A DNA stretch of 64,000 nucleotides from Octopus vulgaris (GCA_951406725.2 OX597831.1:70308001-70372000); one strand, 5' to 3'. Positions 11,395 to 24,466 are shown, numbered from the stretch's first letter. A program made the numbers and translations. The notes: generated by a model not told the origin, from the sequence alone.

Positions 11395-13380
11395 TCATCA
11401 TCATCATTGCTTAACATCCATCTTCCATGCATGCATGGATAGGATGGTTGACAGGAGCCGGCCAGGTAGAAAATCTACCAAAGGCTACTGTGTCTGTTTT
11501 GGCAGGGATTTTACAGCTGGATGCCCTTCCTAACACCAACCACTCTTCAGAGTGGACTCAGTGCTTTTTACGTAGAACTAGCACAGGTGAAGTTAGTTTT
11601 GGCAAGAATTTTTACAGCTAGATGCAGCTTCCAGATCCCAACCACTTTACAGTGTGGACTGGATGCTTTTAACGTGGCACCAGCACTGGCAGGGTAACCA
11701 AGTAACTCACAAGACAATGAATTATAACAGAGGCAGGGCATTTGTGCCAGAGGATAGAAGTTAGAGTGTGACAAAGAGACAGAAGCAGGTGTCTTGCCAC
11801 TACATTGGAAGAGGTGATCCAGTATCAAATGATGAAAGGTTAGAGTGTAACAGAGAAATAGAGAGGCAGAAATAGGTGTCTTGCTACAGAAAAGGTACAT
11901 GGATTCCCAGTGAGAGAGGGAGAGAGAAAGAGGAGAAAGAGGCCAGAAACGAGCATGCTGATGTAAAGGTGATACTTGGTTACCTAGTCAGAGGAAGAAC
12001 AAGAGAAAGAGAGAAAATGATCAAAGGGAAAGAGAAAGTAGATAACAGCAAAAGAGTAAGAGAGAGAGAGCAGAGGAGAGATGGTAGGGTATACTCACAA
12101 GTAACAAGAATATGAGTGCAGAAACTGGTTAGAAAAGTAGGGGGGGGGGCTTTGGGGGGAAGCAGTGATACTGTGAGCATGGTAGTGAGGGCAAGAAAGG
12201 GGACTGGGAAACAATCATAATGTACGAGGAGGAAATGTGAAGAAGAGAAAGATGCAATTAGAAGAGGAGTTGTAGTCTGATTTCTTGGGTGAAAAGTATG
12301 TTGTTACATGTGGGTGGGACACAACTCTTCTAGCATTCTGTTTCGTGGACAGGTCTTCCCTAGGACCTCATATCACCAAACATTTCAGTCTACTGTCATT
12401 TCCTCCATGAGCTCCAACATCCTAAGATCAGTCTATACCACTTCGTTCCATGTCTTCCTGGGTTACCTTCTTTCACAGATACCATCCACTTTCTGTGACA
12501 GGCACTTCTGTATACAGCTATCTTCACTCATAAACCTCACATGTCCAAACCAACACAGTCTTTTCTCCTGCATACCACATTTAATCCCTCTTATGCCTAA
12601 CCTTTCTCAAAATATAGTTGTGCTGTGTCAGTCATGTTCACAGATGCTGCAAACCCATCAAGTTTAATTCTGTCCCTAGTTGGTTGAGATATAACTCTCT
12701 CTGTAATTTTCATGACCTGATCCGGTACCTCTTTAGTTATTTCTATCTAAGGCTTTACCTTTGCCCTTGTAGCAGCTAACTACACCAGTCTTTGGGGATG
12801 ATGCCTTCCTGAATAACCTGATTAACTATGCGAGTGACTAGGCTGCATTCCACACTGTCTGATATTTTAATCGTCTTCACAGTGATACCCAATGGTCCAG
12901 GGGCTTTCCTAGTCTTCATTTTCTTAATTGCCCTATCTATTATACTGCTATCCACTCTGATGACTGGTCTCTTAATTGTTTCAATTAACTGCTTCTCCCA
13001 ATCATTCTCCACATTTAACAACCTTTCATAATGTCATCTCCACACATCTTTCTTCTCTGAATCTCTAAATGCAAGCATACCATCATCCATTCGCACACAT
13101 TTCCCACCTACCACATCTCTATTCTCTCTGATACACTCCTTTGCAATCCTGAACAACTCATGCTTCTGATCCTCATACTGCTTAACATTGGCAAACTTCT
13201 TATTTTCTGCTATTCCTTTTGCTATGTAAACCTGTCACTTAGCCTCCCTTCTAGATCCCTGATGTAATGCTTTGCTTCCACCATTTTCCCAGTCTTTCCA
13301 GGCCTGTCTCTTTGCTTTTATAGCACTGTCCATTTCCTTGTTCCACCACCAACTTACCCTTGGCCTGGGTGGGACTTTGC
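11395..13380 (-). mobile_element. RTE-clade LINE, 5'-truncated and internally deleted, with 3' UTR and (GAT)n tail
   Basis: WWWNKEMDSAIKAKRQAWKDW, KKMKTRKAPGPLGI...IIPKDWCS, then C-terminal EKRLCWFGHVR...PRKTWNEVV; the central RT is missing near 12665. Confidence 0.85.
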
Positions 13381-13408
13381 ATATGTATATGTATATATAT
13401 GCATGTGC

Positions 13409-13448
<40 letters not shown>

Positions 13449-13611
13449 ACATACATACATACATACGTACATACGTACATACATACATACATACATACAT
13501 ACATACATACATGTGTACATACATACATACATACATACATGTGTACATACATACATATATACATACATACATACATGCATACATGCATCCATCCATCCAT
13601 CCATACATACA

Positions 13612-13646
<35 letters not shown>
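13380..13646. repeat. (TA)/(TACA)n microsatellite
   Basis: Visible tract. Confidence 0.95.
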
Positions 13647-14060
13647 GGAATTTTAACCTGCTTCTATCAGATAACATCAATAAGAGCTATTATTCTTAGT
13701 TCATTTTCCAGATTAATGAAAACAACTGGGCTGACTTCAGTTTATTCTGTAGGAAATACTGTCTGAAATACAATAGCTTCTTACTTCATACCAAATGTGT
13801 CTCGTTCTCTTCAGCATTAAGGAAGCAATGATTGAAAACAACTCATCTCTAAAGATGCTGCGGTTTACAAACAATTTTATATAAGCAGACACATTCACAG
13901 ACATGCTGTATGACTGGGATATTTGCTTTGCAACCATATGGTTCAGGTTTCATCATTATTGCACAGCACTTTGCTTTCATACTCTAGACTTAGATTGATA
14001 AATGACTTGTAGAAACCTGTTATTCATTCATTTGTTCATACATACATACTTACATATATA

Positions 14061-14320
14061 TTTCTTTACTGCCCACAAGGGGCTAAACATAGAGGGGACA
14101 AACAAGGACAGACGAAGGGATTAAGTTGATTACATCGACCCCAGTGCGAAACTGGTACTTTATTTATCGACCCCGAAAGGATGAAAGGCAAAGTCGACTT
14201 CAGTGGAATTTGAACTTACAACGTAATGGCAAACGAAATACGGCTACGCATTTCAGCGGAATTTGAACTCAGAAAGTAACGACAGATGAATTACCGGTAA
14301 GCATTTCACCCGGCGCGCTA
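14061..14320 (-). mobile_element. SINE family B with duplicated head segment
   Basis: GGAATTTGAACT...GAA(A/T)TAC...GCATTTC occurs twice (14205-14255 and 14258-14310). Confidence 0.85.
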
Positions 14321-15124
14321 AATACCCACCAAATGTAAATAATGTAAATAATCTAAAAATGAAAACCTAAAAATAAAATGTTTGACAATACTAGCTCTGT
14401 GGCCAGGTGACAATAATAGCTATCTTTCACAAAATAAGAACATCAGGTATGATGGCCCCATAAATAAAGAGAGGACCAGGAATGAATACCCCAGAAGAGT
14501 AAAAGAGAATATGGCCACCAGAACTCTCAGCTTACAAGCATATTGCCCTCAACACCTTTGCAGTGTCTGTCCTCAAGCCTACAATTTTGGTAAGCAGCTA
14601 CTCTCTGGACACCTGTGTGATTAAGAAAATTGAAAGAGAACAAATATATCTACAGACCATTGATAAAAATTAAACAAATTCAATAGAAGGGATTCACTTT
14701 CAGCTTCATATCTATTATTATTGGAGTAACAAGATACAGACAAGACTGACTCGAGCAGAGTATGGTAGAACCTAGGGTCTTGGAGAAAGAAAGCAAATCC
14801 TTGATGCATATGCTTCAAATGATCCCGATATCTGGAACAATAAAATTCTGCAAGACCCTTTCAAGATTTAAAGGATGATAGTTAAAAGAAGATACTTTCC
14901 TTCATAACCTTGTTACCAAGTAGGTGGCTGGTCAAAATTTATTCTATATTAAAATGAAAAAGAGAACAAGACGTTCATGAGGTAGTTAACTCCCCTGTCA
15001 GTGTTCATATATTGCACTCTTCTTACATCATACACACACATACATATACATATGCATGTGTCTGTATATATGTACATATGTATGTGCATATATGTGTATA
15101 TATGTGTGTGTATATATATATATA

Positions 15125-15340
15125 TATGTAGAAAATCCCAAAAAGAAGAACAAACACAAAAAACATCAACGCAAGGAAGTGGTACATGTAAAGTATTAGC
15201 AGACATGCAGGGAAGGAAAGAAAGATGGTTTAATGGTTGAAGCAGATGGTCTTTTTGGGAAATAGAGCAAAGTCCAACAGAAGGGAAGACGGAGGAAGAA
15301 AATCGTCAACGATTCACATGTGGTTTCATTTTGAAATAAC
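15125..15340 (-). mobile_element. Degenerate relative of the hammerhead-bearing element at 24500 and 31815
   Basis: Follows (TA)n and shares the ...AAAGTATTA...CAGG...GAAAGA..GGTTTAA...GAAGGGAAGAC.GAGGA layout; the ribozyme core is eroded. Confidence 0.55.
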
Positions 15341-15619
15341 TGGAAGGGAATGAGTGTAACAGGAGAGTGTAATAGAAGGAGGTATGTGTGTGTATGTTGT
15401 ATGTATGTGTGTGCGAGTATGTAGGTGTGTGTATGTGTGCATGTGTGAGCATGTGTATATGTATGTGTGAGTGCATGTATGTGTGTGCTTGTGTATGTGT
15501 ACGTGTATATGTGCATGTGTGTATGTGTGTGTGGATTATATGAGTGCTCCTGTGTGTGTGCGTGAGTATATGTTTGCGTGTCTGTATGTGTGTGTGAATA
15601 TAGGGTTGCTGCTCACATT

Positions 15620-16150
15620 GCCTCCCCTCGGAAAGTTTGTGAGGAGCCCATTGACCCATTTTGCTGACTTTTCTGATAGCATGCAGGTGTTGATGAATGG
15701 TTGAATAACCAAATCCAAGCTTCTCTGCTAGTTCCTCAACAGATACGATGGGATTTTGTTGCACCAGAGTTTACAGGACGTCCTCATTGCACACAACAGA
15801 TCTTCCAGCATGAGGCTTATCTTCTAGGCTGTACTTACTAGCTCAGAATTTCTGGCACCACTGTTGACACTAGCTTACACTTATTGTCCAATCTCCATAT
15901 AATATTCCTCACACTTTCCACTGCATTGTTACCTTTACTGAACTCATAAAGGAAAATATGCCGAAGTTGCTTCTTTGTCATTTCCATTATAGCTTTAAAA
16001 GAATAACTGTTAAAATCGAACTGCATTCTTCAAAAAACTTGCACTAAGATTAAGGACGAGGTAAGATTACTACCTACTTTTAGAACAAGTTGATGCAGAT
16101 AGTTTATCCCATCCCCTTCTGACTTTAAATTCATGCAATTGAAAAAAATG
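15620..16150 (-). mobile_element. Mariner transposase 5' remnant
   Basis: MEMTKKQLRHIFLYEFSKGNNAVESVRNI and ELAEKLGFGYSTIHQHLHAIRKVSKMGQWAPHKLSE (WVPHEL-like motif). Confidence 0.85.
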
Positions 16151-16154
16151 CATA

Positions 16155-16398
16155 GGCACAGGAGTGGCTGTGTAGTAAGTAGCTTGCTTACCAACCACAT
16201 AGTTCCGGGTTCAGTCCCACTGCGTGGCACCTTGGGCAAGTGTCTTCTACTATAGCTTCGGGCCGACCAAAGCCTTGTGAGTGGATTTGGTAGACGGAAA
16301 CTGAAAGAAGCCCGTTGTATATATGTATATATATGTATGTGCGTGTGTGTTTGTGTGTCTGTGTTTGTTCCCCTAGCATTGCTTGACAACCGATGCTG
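16155..16398 (+). mobile_element. SINE family A, 3'-truncated
   Basis: Head match; breaks off after ACAACCGATGCTG. Confidence 0.9.
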
Positions 16399-16620
16399 AA
16401 TCACTTTGAATTTGTTCTGTATATCCGATTGTATCGCACAGTTGAAAGGAATATTCAGCCATAATATATCTTTTTTATTAAATTTAGGGTTCGTAGAATT
16501 ACTACTATTCATCTCACCGGAGTTATTGTGAGAATTGAAACCCACCTCGTTGTAATTAAAAATGGATAAGTTTGTCTTCTGTGAGTATGTAATCCCTCAT
16601 CATATCTCTGGAAATTCATA
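16399..16620 (-). mobile_element. Penelope-like element ORF remnant (region after RT)
   Basis: KKDILWLNIPFNCAIQSDIQNKF resembles the PLE motif RxIIWFNPPFSxxVxTNIGxxF. Confidence 0.6.
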
Positions 16621-16808
16621 TGTGCACTATGGATTAGGTCACCTTCTCTGTGATGCTATTAAAACTTTTTTAAAATTCTGTGATAAGACTGTACATCATC
16701 TTTAAAGAACTTTAATGAACTTTTGAAATCTGTTTATGTTACTTAATTATCTACATTACTTCATGAGTATAGCCTCAACCACTAGGATGTCTAGAGAACT
16801 CACATGTA

Positions 16809-16899
16809 TTTTAGCTGATGAGTACGGGACACGTTTATATGCTGTAATTTTTGCAACTTTTAATAAAGCCTGTCCTTGTATGAAACGATTGTACTAAAA
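16809..16899 (+). ncRNA. Type-I hammerhead ribozyme, canonical core
   Basis: UUUUAG-CUGAUGA-GUACGGGACA...UGUCCUUGUAU-GAA-ACGAUUGU-A-CUAAAA; 6-bp perfect stem I, long stem II, quasi-palindromic stem III, GUA cleavage triplet. Confidence 0.8.
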
Positions 16900-16951
16900 A
16901 CCTATCCATTCTTGTTGCTTCATTCTCGCGTATATATATATATATATATAT

Positions 16952-17160
16952 ACGCGAGGTCATTGCCAGTACCACCTGACTGGCCCCCGTGCACGTGGCA
17001 CGTAAAAAGCACCCACTACACTCTCGGAGTGGTTGGCGTTAGGAAGGGCATCCAGCTGTAGAAACTCTGTGCAGACATCTGGTTGCCAGCCCTCAGTCAA
17101 AACCGTCCAACCCATGCTAGCATGGAAAACAGACGTTAAATGATGATGATGATGATGATG
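16952..17160 (+). mobile_element. RTE-tail short element
   Basis: GGCACGTAAAAAGCACCCACTACAC...GGAAGGGCATCCAGCTGTAG...(GAT)n. Confidence 0.8.
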
Positions 17161-17261
17161 ATATATTTATATACATGTATAATGAGGGTAATAAATTGAA
17201 TATTAATTTAATTAACATCAATTTAAAACCAGTGGCCTAGCATATAACTATTTATATATTA

Positions 17262-17767
17262 CTAGCTGTATCGCCCGGCGTTGCTCGGGTTTGTAAGGGA
17301 AATAACTATATAAGCATTTTTAGAGAGTTACTTCCCTTATAAATTCGGGCTTTCTTAGCCATTTTTATTTTGGTGTCTTCAAGCCATGAAGTCGTTGTTC
17401 TAAAAGAACGCTGGTTTCCTTCACAACGCATTACGACGTTGATTTCTTTACACTCCCTTCCCCACAGCTTCACGAGGGAGGGAAGGGGGAGAAGCAAACA
17501 GGTGCAGCTGTGAGCGTGGACGCCAACTCCGCCGCCATCGACACACGATGCATTTTATGCATTAAAATGGAATAAAAAATGATGTTAAATTATTTTTAAA
17601 ATCGTAGACTCATCGTTGACGCGTGCTAATAGTCAGACGGGCTTGATATGAATCACAACTATAAGATACCCGAATTTGGTTAAACTGCACCGCAAAATGT
17701 GGGAGGAGTTAGGCATCTAAATCGAAGGGGACAGACACTCACACAACTAGAGTTTTATATATATAGA
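17262..17767 (-). mobile_element. Non-autonomous Helitron
   Basis: Minus strand begins A|TCTATATA and ends CCCGAGCAACGCCGGG-N8-CTAG|T; inserted between A and T with no TSD. Confidence 0.85.
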
Positions 17768-17939
17768 TATACTTTATTTATATACTATATAAAAACAAAC
17801 ATCTGTTCTAGATATAGAATACTCTTCCCATCATACAAAATATTTTGATATGAAATGAATCACATTCTCAAAAACTACACACACACACAATACGGTTTTG
17901 TGCACAGTTTTCATCTTACAAATTTCATAACATAACATG

Positions 17940-18640
17940 TCATATTACATGTTTGCTTTGCAACCTTAATAGCTGCGCCATTGTATACGAATTCCAGCAT
18001 TGTTTCATTTATTAATAATCTTTTGGTAAACTTTGTAGCGAAAAACCATATCGTTAACTGTACACTCTTACACATACTCTTTTTTTACTCTTTTACTTGT
18101 TTCAGTCATTTGACTGCGGCCATGCTGGAGCACCGCCTTTAGTCGAGCAACTCGACCCCGGGACTTATTCTTTGTAAGCCCAGTAGTTATTCTATCGGTC
18201 TCTTTTGCCGAACCACTAAGTGACGGGGACGTAAACACACCAGCATTGGTTGTCAAGCAATGCTAGGGGGACAAACACAGACACACAAACATATATATAT
18301 ATATATATATATACGACAGGCTTCTTTCAGTTTCCATCTACCAAATCCACTCACAAGGCATTGGTCAGCCCGGGTCTATAGCAGAAGACACTTGCCCGAG
18401 ATACTACGCAGTGGGACTGAACCCGGAACCATGTGGTTGGTTAGCAAGCTACTTACCACACAGCCACTCCTGCGCCTGTTAAATATTTGATACGATCTTT
18501 AATGAGTTCCTCTATAAGCTCATGCTAATACCTTATATCCAATATCAGTTTTTAAATTTAGAGTATAGACCTAATGATGCAATGATTAGGGGTCTAGTTT
18601 TGTTATTTGAAGTATCATCTTTGTTGCTGCTGTAATATTT
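17940..18640 (-). pseudogene. Possible second, very decayed PLE ORF remnant split by a SINE
   Basis: With frameshifts, KTRPLII...KTDIGYKVL...YQIFN resembles PLE KTNIGxxFL...KIFN. Confidence 0.35.
18075..18477 (-). mobile_element. SINE family A
   Basis: Full reverse-complement match. Confidence 0.92.
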
Positions 18641-18786
18641 GTCGAGCAACTTGACCCCAGGACTTATTCTTTGTAAGCCCAGTACTTATTCTGTCGGTCT
18701 CTTTTGCCGAACTGCTAAGTGACGGGGGCATAAACACACCAGCATTGGTTGTCAAGCAATGCTAGGGGGACAAACACAGACACACA

Positions 18787-18824
<38 letters not shown>

Positions 18825-18990
18825 TATGCGACGGGCTTCTTTCAGTTTCCGTCTACCAAATCCACTCACAAGGCTTTGGTCGGACCGAGGCTATAGTAGA
18901 AGACACTTGCCCAAGGTGTCACGCAGTGGGACTGAACCCGGGACCATGTGGTTGGTAAGCAAGCTACTTACCACACAGCCACTCCTGCAC
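18641..18990 (-). mobile_element. SINE family A, 3'-truncated
   Basis: Reverse-complement match lacking the tail. Confidence 0.9.
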
Positions 18991-19114
18991 TTATGTTGGG
19001 TTAATAAGAACTTCATCATAACTAGCTTTAAACCAAATGTCAGTTATTGTACTTGTGAATGACAACAACAGCCTAATCATTGCGATGTATCAACAACACA
19101 ATGGAGCAACTGCA

Positions 19115-19380
19115 TTCATCACCATCATTATCATCCTTTAACGTCCACTTTCCATGCTGGTATGCGTTGGACAGTTTGACCAGAGGTAACAAGCTGGGAA
19201 GCTGTGCCAAGTTCCAGTCTGATTTGGTTTGGTCTCTATAGCTAGATGCCCTTCCTCATGCCAACCACTTCACAGTGGGAGCTCGGTGCTTTTAATATGC
19301 CATTGGCATGAGCCCTTTTATGTGGCACTGGCACAAGTGCACACTATGTGGCACCAGCATAAGTGCATTTTACATGGCAC
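19115..19380 (-). mobile_element. RTE-tail short element, diverged
   Basis: (ATC)n...TTTAACGTCCACTTTCCATGCTGG...GATGCCCTTCCT. Confidence 0.7.
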
Positions 19381-19386
19381 TAGCAT

Positions 19387-19775
19387 AGGAGTGGCTGTGT
19401 GGTAAGTAGCTTGCTAACCAACCACATGGTTCCGGGTTCAGTCCCACTGCGTGGCATCTTGGGCAAGTGTCTTCTGCTATAGCCCCGGGCTAACCAATGC
19501 CTTGTGAGTGGATTTGGTAGACGGAAACTGAAAGAAGCCTGTCGTATATATGTATATATATATATGTGTGTGTATGTGTTTGTGTGTCTGTGTTTGTCCC
19601 CCTAGCATTGCTTGACAACCGATGCTGGTGTGTTTACGTCCCCCGTAACTTAGCGGTTTGGCAAAAGAGACCAATAGAATAAGTACTGGGCTTACAAAGA
19701 ATATGTCCCGGGGTCGAGTTGCTCGACTAAAGGCGGTGCTCCAGCATGGCCACAGTCAAAGGACTGAAACAAGTA
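19387..19775 (+). mobile_element. SINE family A
   Basis: Full match. Confidence 0.92.
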
Positions 19776-20181
19776 ATGTACAATGTACATAATGAACATA
19801 TCTGTTTCGAAGATACAAATGGAATTCCAAATAACTCAGTTTATTTACAAAATTTATAAATATACACATGTTTATTTTAACCTGTAAAATTCATTATTTT
19901 GTGTGTATTTACACACAATACAATGAATATATAACTTGATTGTTCTGTTATACAAAAGTTGATTCCTTATCATTTTGCAAGGCTTCATCACTCCCAAAGC
20001 AGGAATTCCTCCCTGGACACTTAAAAAGACACAGGAAAACCAAAGTTTAACAAATGTGGTATAAGTTTAGTAGTTTAATGGAGAAATTCATTATTTACTA
20101 CAGTATTGCAACCCTTTTTTATACTTATTTTATATATGATGCACTCACACTCACACATGTTTATATGCAGTATTTACACAT

Positions 20182-20345
20182 AGGCGTGGCTGTGCGGTAA
20201 GTAGCTTACTTCCCAACCACATGATTGCAGGTTCAGTCCCACTGTGTGGCACCTTGGGCAAGTGTCTTCTACTATAGCCTCAGGCCGACCAAAGCCTTGT
20301 GAGTGGATTTGGTAGATGGAAACTGAAAGAAGCCTGTCGTATATA
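20182..20345 (+). mobile_element. SINE family A, 5' half
   Basis: Head through GAAGCCTGTCGTATATA. Confidence 0.85.
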
Positions 20346-20473
20346 TTAGTACGGCATTGATTCATTTACTGCCAACTGAAACTGTGCTTGCGTGGTGAAT
20401 TTGAAAAATTATAATGTATAATGATGAGACACTTGGTATTCGTCCCTTAATTATATGTTAGTGTTACGGTGCG

Positions 20474-20543
20474 GGCCACTGATGAGAAATTTGCCTAGCA
20501 AATTATTTTACTTGCTAAAATATTTTGAAACCTAGATCTGACC
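20474..20543 (+). ncRNA. Type-I hammerhead motif, canonical core, slightly decayed
   Basis: GGCCA-CUGAUGA-GAAAU..UAGCAA..UUGCUA..AUUUU-GAA-ACCUAGAU-C-UGACC; one mismatch in stem I and one in the ACCUAGGU-type stem III palindrome. Confidence 0.65.
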
Positions 20544-20574
20544 GGATTAAAATAATTGGATTTGGGTAAAAGAA

Positions 20575-20710
20575 AATACAGGAGGATCAGTTAATTATGG
20601 CTTTATTCTACATATTCCCCTCTTAGATTCACACACTTATTGCAATGGTCCTTCAGTTTTTCTAAGTCTTGTAAAAGAACTTAGAAGGTTGAGTTTTCAA
20701 CCAGGCCATT
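20575..20710. mobile_element. Dispersed mariner-like end fragment (second copy at ~22467-22630)
   Basis: AATACAGGAGGATCAGTTAATTATGGCTTTATTCTACATATTCCCCTC... is near-identical at both sites. Confidence 0.6.
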
Positions 20711-20827
20711 TTCATTCCTTTTGAAGATTGCTCTTAAGTGTGGTTTTGGTCGTTTTGACTACTTCTTCTAGCGTGTAAAAATTGCCTGTTGAAGGCAGTT
20801 TTCTCTTGTGTTTAAATGTACACTATT

Positions 20828-20859
<32 letters not shown>

Positions 20860-20861
<2 letters not shown>

Positions 20862-21280
20862 TATAGGAGTGGCTGTGTGGTAAGTAGCTTGCTTATGAAC
20901 TACACGGTTCCGGGTTCAGTCCCATTGCGTGGCACCTTGGGCAAGTGTTTTCTACTAGACTCGGGCTGACCAAAGCCTTGTTAGTGGATTTGGTAGACGG
21001 AAACTGAGAGAAGCCCATCGTATGTATATATATATATATATATGTATGTATGTGTGTGTATATGTTTGTGTGTCTGTGTTTGTCCCCCACCCAAAACATC
21101 ACTTGACAACCGATGCTGGTGTGTTTATGTCCCCATAACTTAGCGATTCAGCAAAAGTGACCGATAGAATAAGTACTAGGCTTACAAAGAATAAGTCCTG
21201 GGGTTGATTTGTTTGACTAAAGGCAGTGCTCCAGCATGGTCGTAGTCAAATGACTGCAACAAATAAAAGAAAAAGAAAAA
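20860..21280 (+). mobile_element. SINE family A
   Basis: Full match after (TA)n. Confidence 0.9.
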
Positions 21281-21304
21281 GAATGTGTTATATGAGAGAT
21301 TTGT

Positions 21305-21450
21305 GAAGACGTGTGGTTTGGTGGTTAGGGTATTTGGCTCAAGATCATAAGGCCATGAGTTTGATTCCTGGCAGCATATTGCGTCCTTGAGCAAGACACT
21401 TATTTCCTGTTGTTCCTGTCCACTCAGCTGGCAAAAATGAATAGTACTGA
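21305..21450 (+). mobile_element. Different tRNA-headed SINE (family C)
   Basis: TGGTTTGGTGG A-box, GAGTTTGATTCC B-box, then GTCCTTGAGCAAGACACTT. Confidence 0.6.
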
Positions 21451-21551
21451 ATCTACCTGAGAGACACATGTATTCAAATTACCTTTTATGTGCAGGTGAT
21501 GTGCCTACATTAACTAGCTCTCATGCAGCTATGGTTCTGTTTTATTCTCTA

Positions 21552-21861
21552 CTAGCAGTATCGCTCGGTGTTGCTCGGGTTTGTAAGGGAAATAACTATA
21601 TAAGCATTTTTAGAGAGTTACTTCCCTTATATAACCTGAGCAAAAATCATTAAAAATGCGGAAAAATGATGGTAATTTTTTTAAAAATCATAAACTCATC
21701 GTAGACGCGCGCTAATACATACCCAGAAGGGCTCGATATGAATGACGACTATAAGATACCCGCTTTTGGTTAAACTGCACCGCAAAATGTGGGAGTAGTT
21801 AGGAATCTAAATCAGAGGAGACAGAGTCTCACACACACAACTTCAATTTTATATATAAAGA
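21552..21861 (-). mobile_element. Non-autonomous Helitron, shorter variant
   Basis: Same TC start and hairpin-CTAG end as 17262; A|T insertion. Confidence 0.85.
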
Positions 21862-22881
21862 TTACTGACTTACTAAGATTATATTGAAAGTGAAGCACTA
21901 GAAGAGTAGCACATTCATAGAACATCAGAAGTTGCGAAATACCTACATTGTTGATATTTATATTGAATGTCTGCTACAAGGAAGTCAGTTAAGCAGCTCT
22001 AGAGAACATATGCATTTTGTAAATAGAGTTGTTTCTTCAAGTGATAGATACATATTCAACAACAACAATGCTAAAAGCATGCATCAGAAGTGGAAACCAA
22101 CAATAATGGTACATCAACTCTATTGATATAAAGATGTAATAATTATATTGATGTAATAGTGTAGTGATATAGTGTAATGATTGTGATATCATTACTTATT
22201 AAATGATGAGATAAAGTTAAATTTTTTTTTTTTTGTCTTGTCTATTCACCAACAGATGATAAATTACATTCACAAAATCATGTATAATTGAACAAATCTA
22301 AAGCAGAACAATTATGTTTTAGTGGTCAAAACCCATGACATTTCAGGGTTCAGCTAGATATCATTATTATTATGATGGCTCATTTGTACTGCACCACAAG
22401 ATGCACCTCTGGGTTCTTGAGGTAACACTCTACGTGGAAATGTACAAGGATATTTGGGTAAAATAGAATACAGGAGGATCAGTTAATTATGGCTTTATTC
22501 TACATATTCCCCTCTTAGATTCACACACTTATTGCAGTGGTCCTTCAGTTTTTCTAAAAACTCAGAAGGTTGAGTCTCCAACCAGGTCTTTTGCAATACC
22601 CTTAAAGCCAGGAACTTTTCAGCACCCCTTCATAGACTTGGGTTTGTAAATTACATCAATTTGCTTTATTGTCGAGGTGTGTTGTAGTTTCTGGTGTGGT
22701 TCTATTGCTTCACCTGTTGCGTAGAGCATGTGGAATGTGAGTTGTGTTATTTAGTTAATATGTAGTGTTATATTACTAAGTGTAATGCTTTGTATGAATT
22801 GTTGTGTTTACTTTATATGATAGTAACTGTATAGAGGAGTATGTCTTTTGAGGATTGCAATATGTTATTTGGTGATGATTT

Positions 22882-23293
22882 ACTCTTTACTCTTTTACTC
22901 TTTTACTTGTTTCAGTCATTTGACTGCGACCAGGCTGGAGCACCGCCTTTAATCGAGCAACTCGACCCGGGACTTATTCTTTGTAAGCCCAGTACTTATT
23001 CTATCAGTCTCTTTTGCTGAACCGCTAAGTTACGGGGACATAAACACACCAGCATCGGTTGTCAAGCGATGTTGGAGGGATAAACACAGACACACAAACT
23101 CACACACACACATATATATATACATATATACGACGGGCTTCTTTCAGTTTCCGTCTACCAAATCCACTCAGAAGGCTTTTGTCGGCCCGAGACTATAGTA
23201 GAAGACACTTGCCCAAGGTACCACGCAGTGGGACTGAACCCGGAACCATGTAGTTGGTAAACAAGCTACTTACCACACAGCCACTCCTGTACC
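22882..23293 (-). mobile_element. SINE family A
   Basis: Full reverse-complement match. Confidence 0.92.
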
Positions 23294-24466
23294 TGGTGAT
23301 GATTTCACAATATAATTCATGTTTATTTTACAGAATGGTGATTATGCAGGGTGTGAGTTGTATGGCTGTATTATATTGTTTGGTAATGATTTCATGGTGT
23401 GGTGTGTTGTGTTGTGTAGCTTGTGTTTATTCTACTGGATGGGGGTTGTATAGAATATGTGTTACATACAGAGACTGTACTGCTTTCATTGCACTATTGA
23501 ATAAAAAATGTGTTGGATGTGGGTTGTGCTTAGCTGGACTATTTTTGGGGGACTGTGTGTGAAACTGAAAGTCCTAGTATAAATTCATGATTTTTAACAT
23601 ACCACCATTCACCCTCCCCCTCCTTCTTGTCGTCATCATCATCATCGTCATCATCATCATCATCAACATCATCATTATTCTATGTTGTCACAATTCTATG
23701 TGCTAGACGTATGTATTATTAAACTGCTTTTACATGTTAACTGCAATAACAGTATCGTCTTTACTCCAGGCGATTGAAACAAAATTAATTAAAACTTCCC
23801 ATTTATTACATTTGCCAACATGTCGCTGTCTAATGTTAACTTTCCTGTTGTTCTTTGGTGTTAATTTTGAAGACAAGATAGAAGTTTCAAACAGACTACA
23901 CAATATATATACATTGTGTATTCAATAAATATGTTGCCATCTTTTTCCTCATCTTTTATCATTTCCTTTAAAGTTTGTATACTTACATATGCATAAACTA
24001 AGGTATCTGTACACTTATAAATACACATATATTTTGTGTCTGGTGTGTGTATACACACACACACACACTTCTGTTTGTTCTTAAGAACAATCAACAAAGA
24101 TACAAAGTAAAGTACTATTTCAGGAAGGAGAAAATGCTACATTCTTTATTGAGCGAATGGTTTATAGAATTAATGCTGTTTTGATTTGAAGTGAATTTGA
24201 TCCCAACTACAGTAATTAACCAAATAAACTAGGCTCATGTTCTAATTCCTTGGGGTAAGAAAAGATATGTAGTTGCATTTATGTCTTATTAGATGTAAAA
24301 TTGTGAGAAAGACTAGTTGGTATAGAGTAGCCTGCCATAACTTTATCGCAAAGGTAATAAAATACAATGTTAGCCAAGATGAACAAAGGCTTTGCATAAT
24401 GGTAATATTTGTTTAGATTTAACTCATGACACTAAGACAAACTCACACACACACATAAATAAATAA

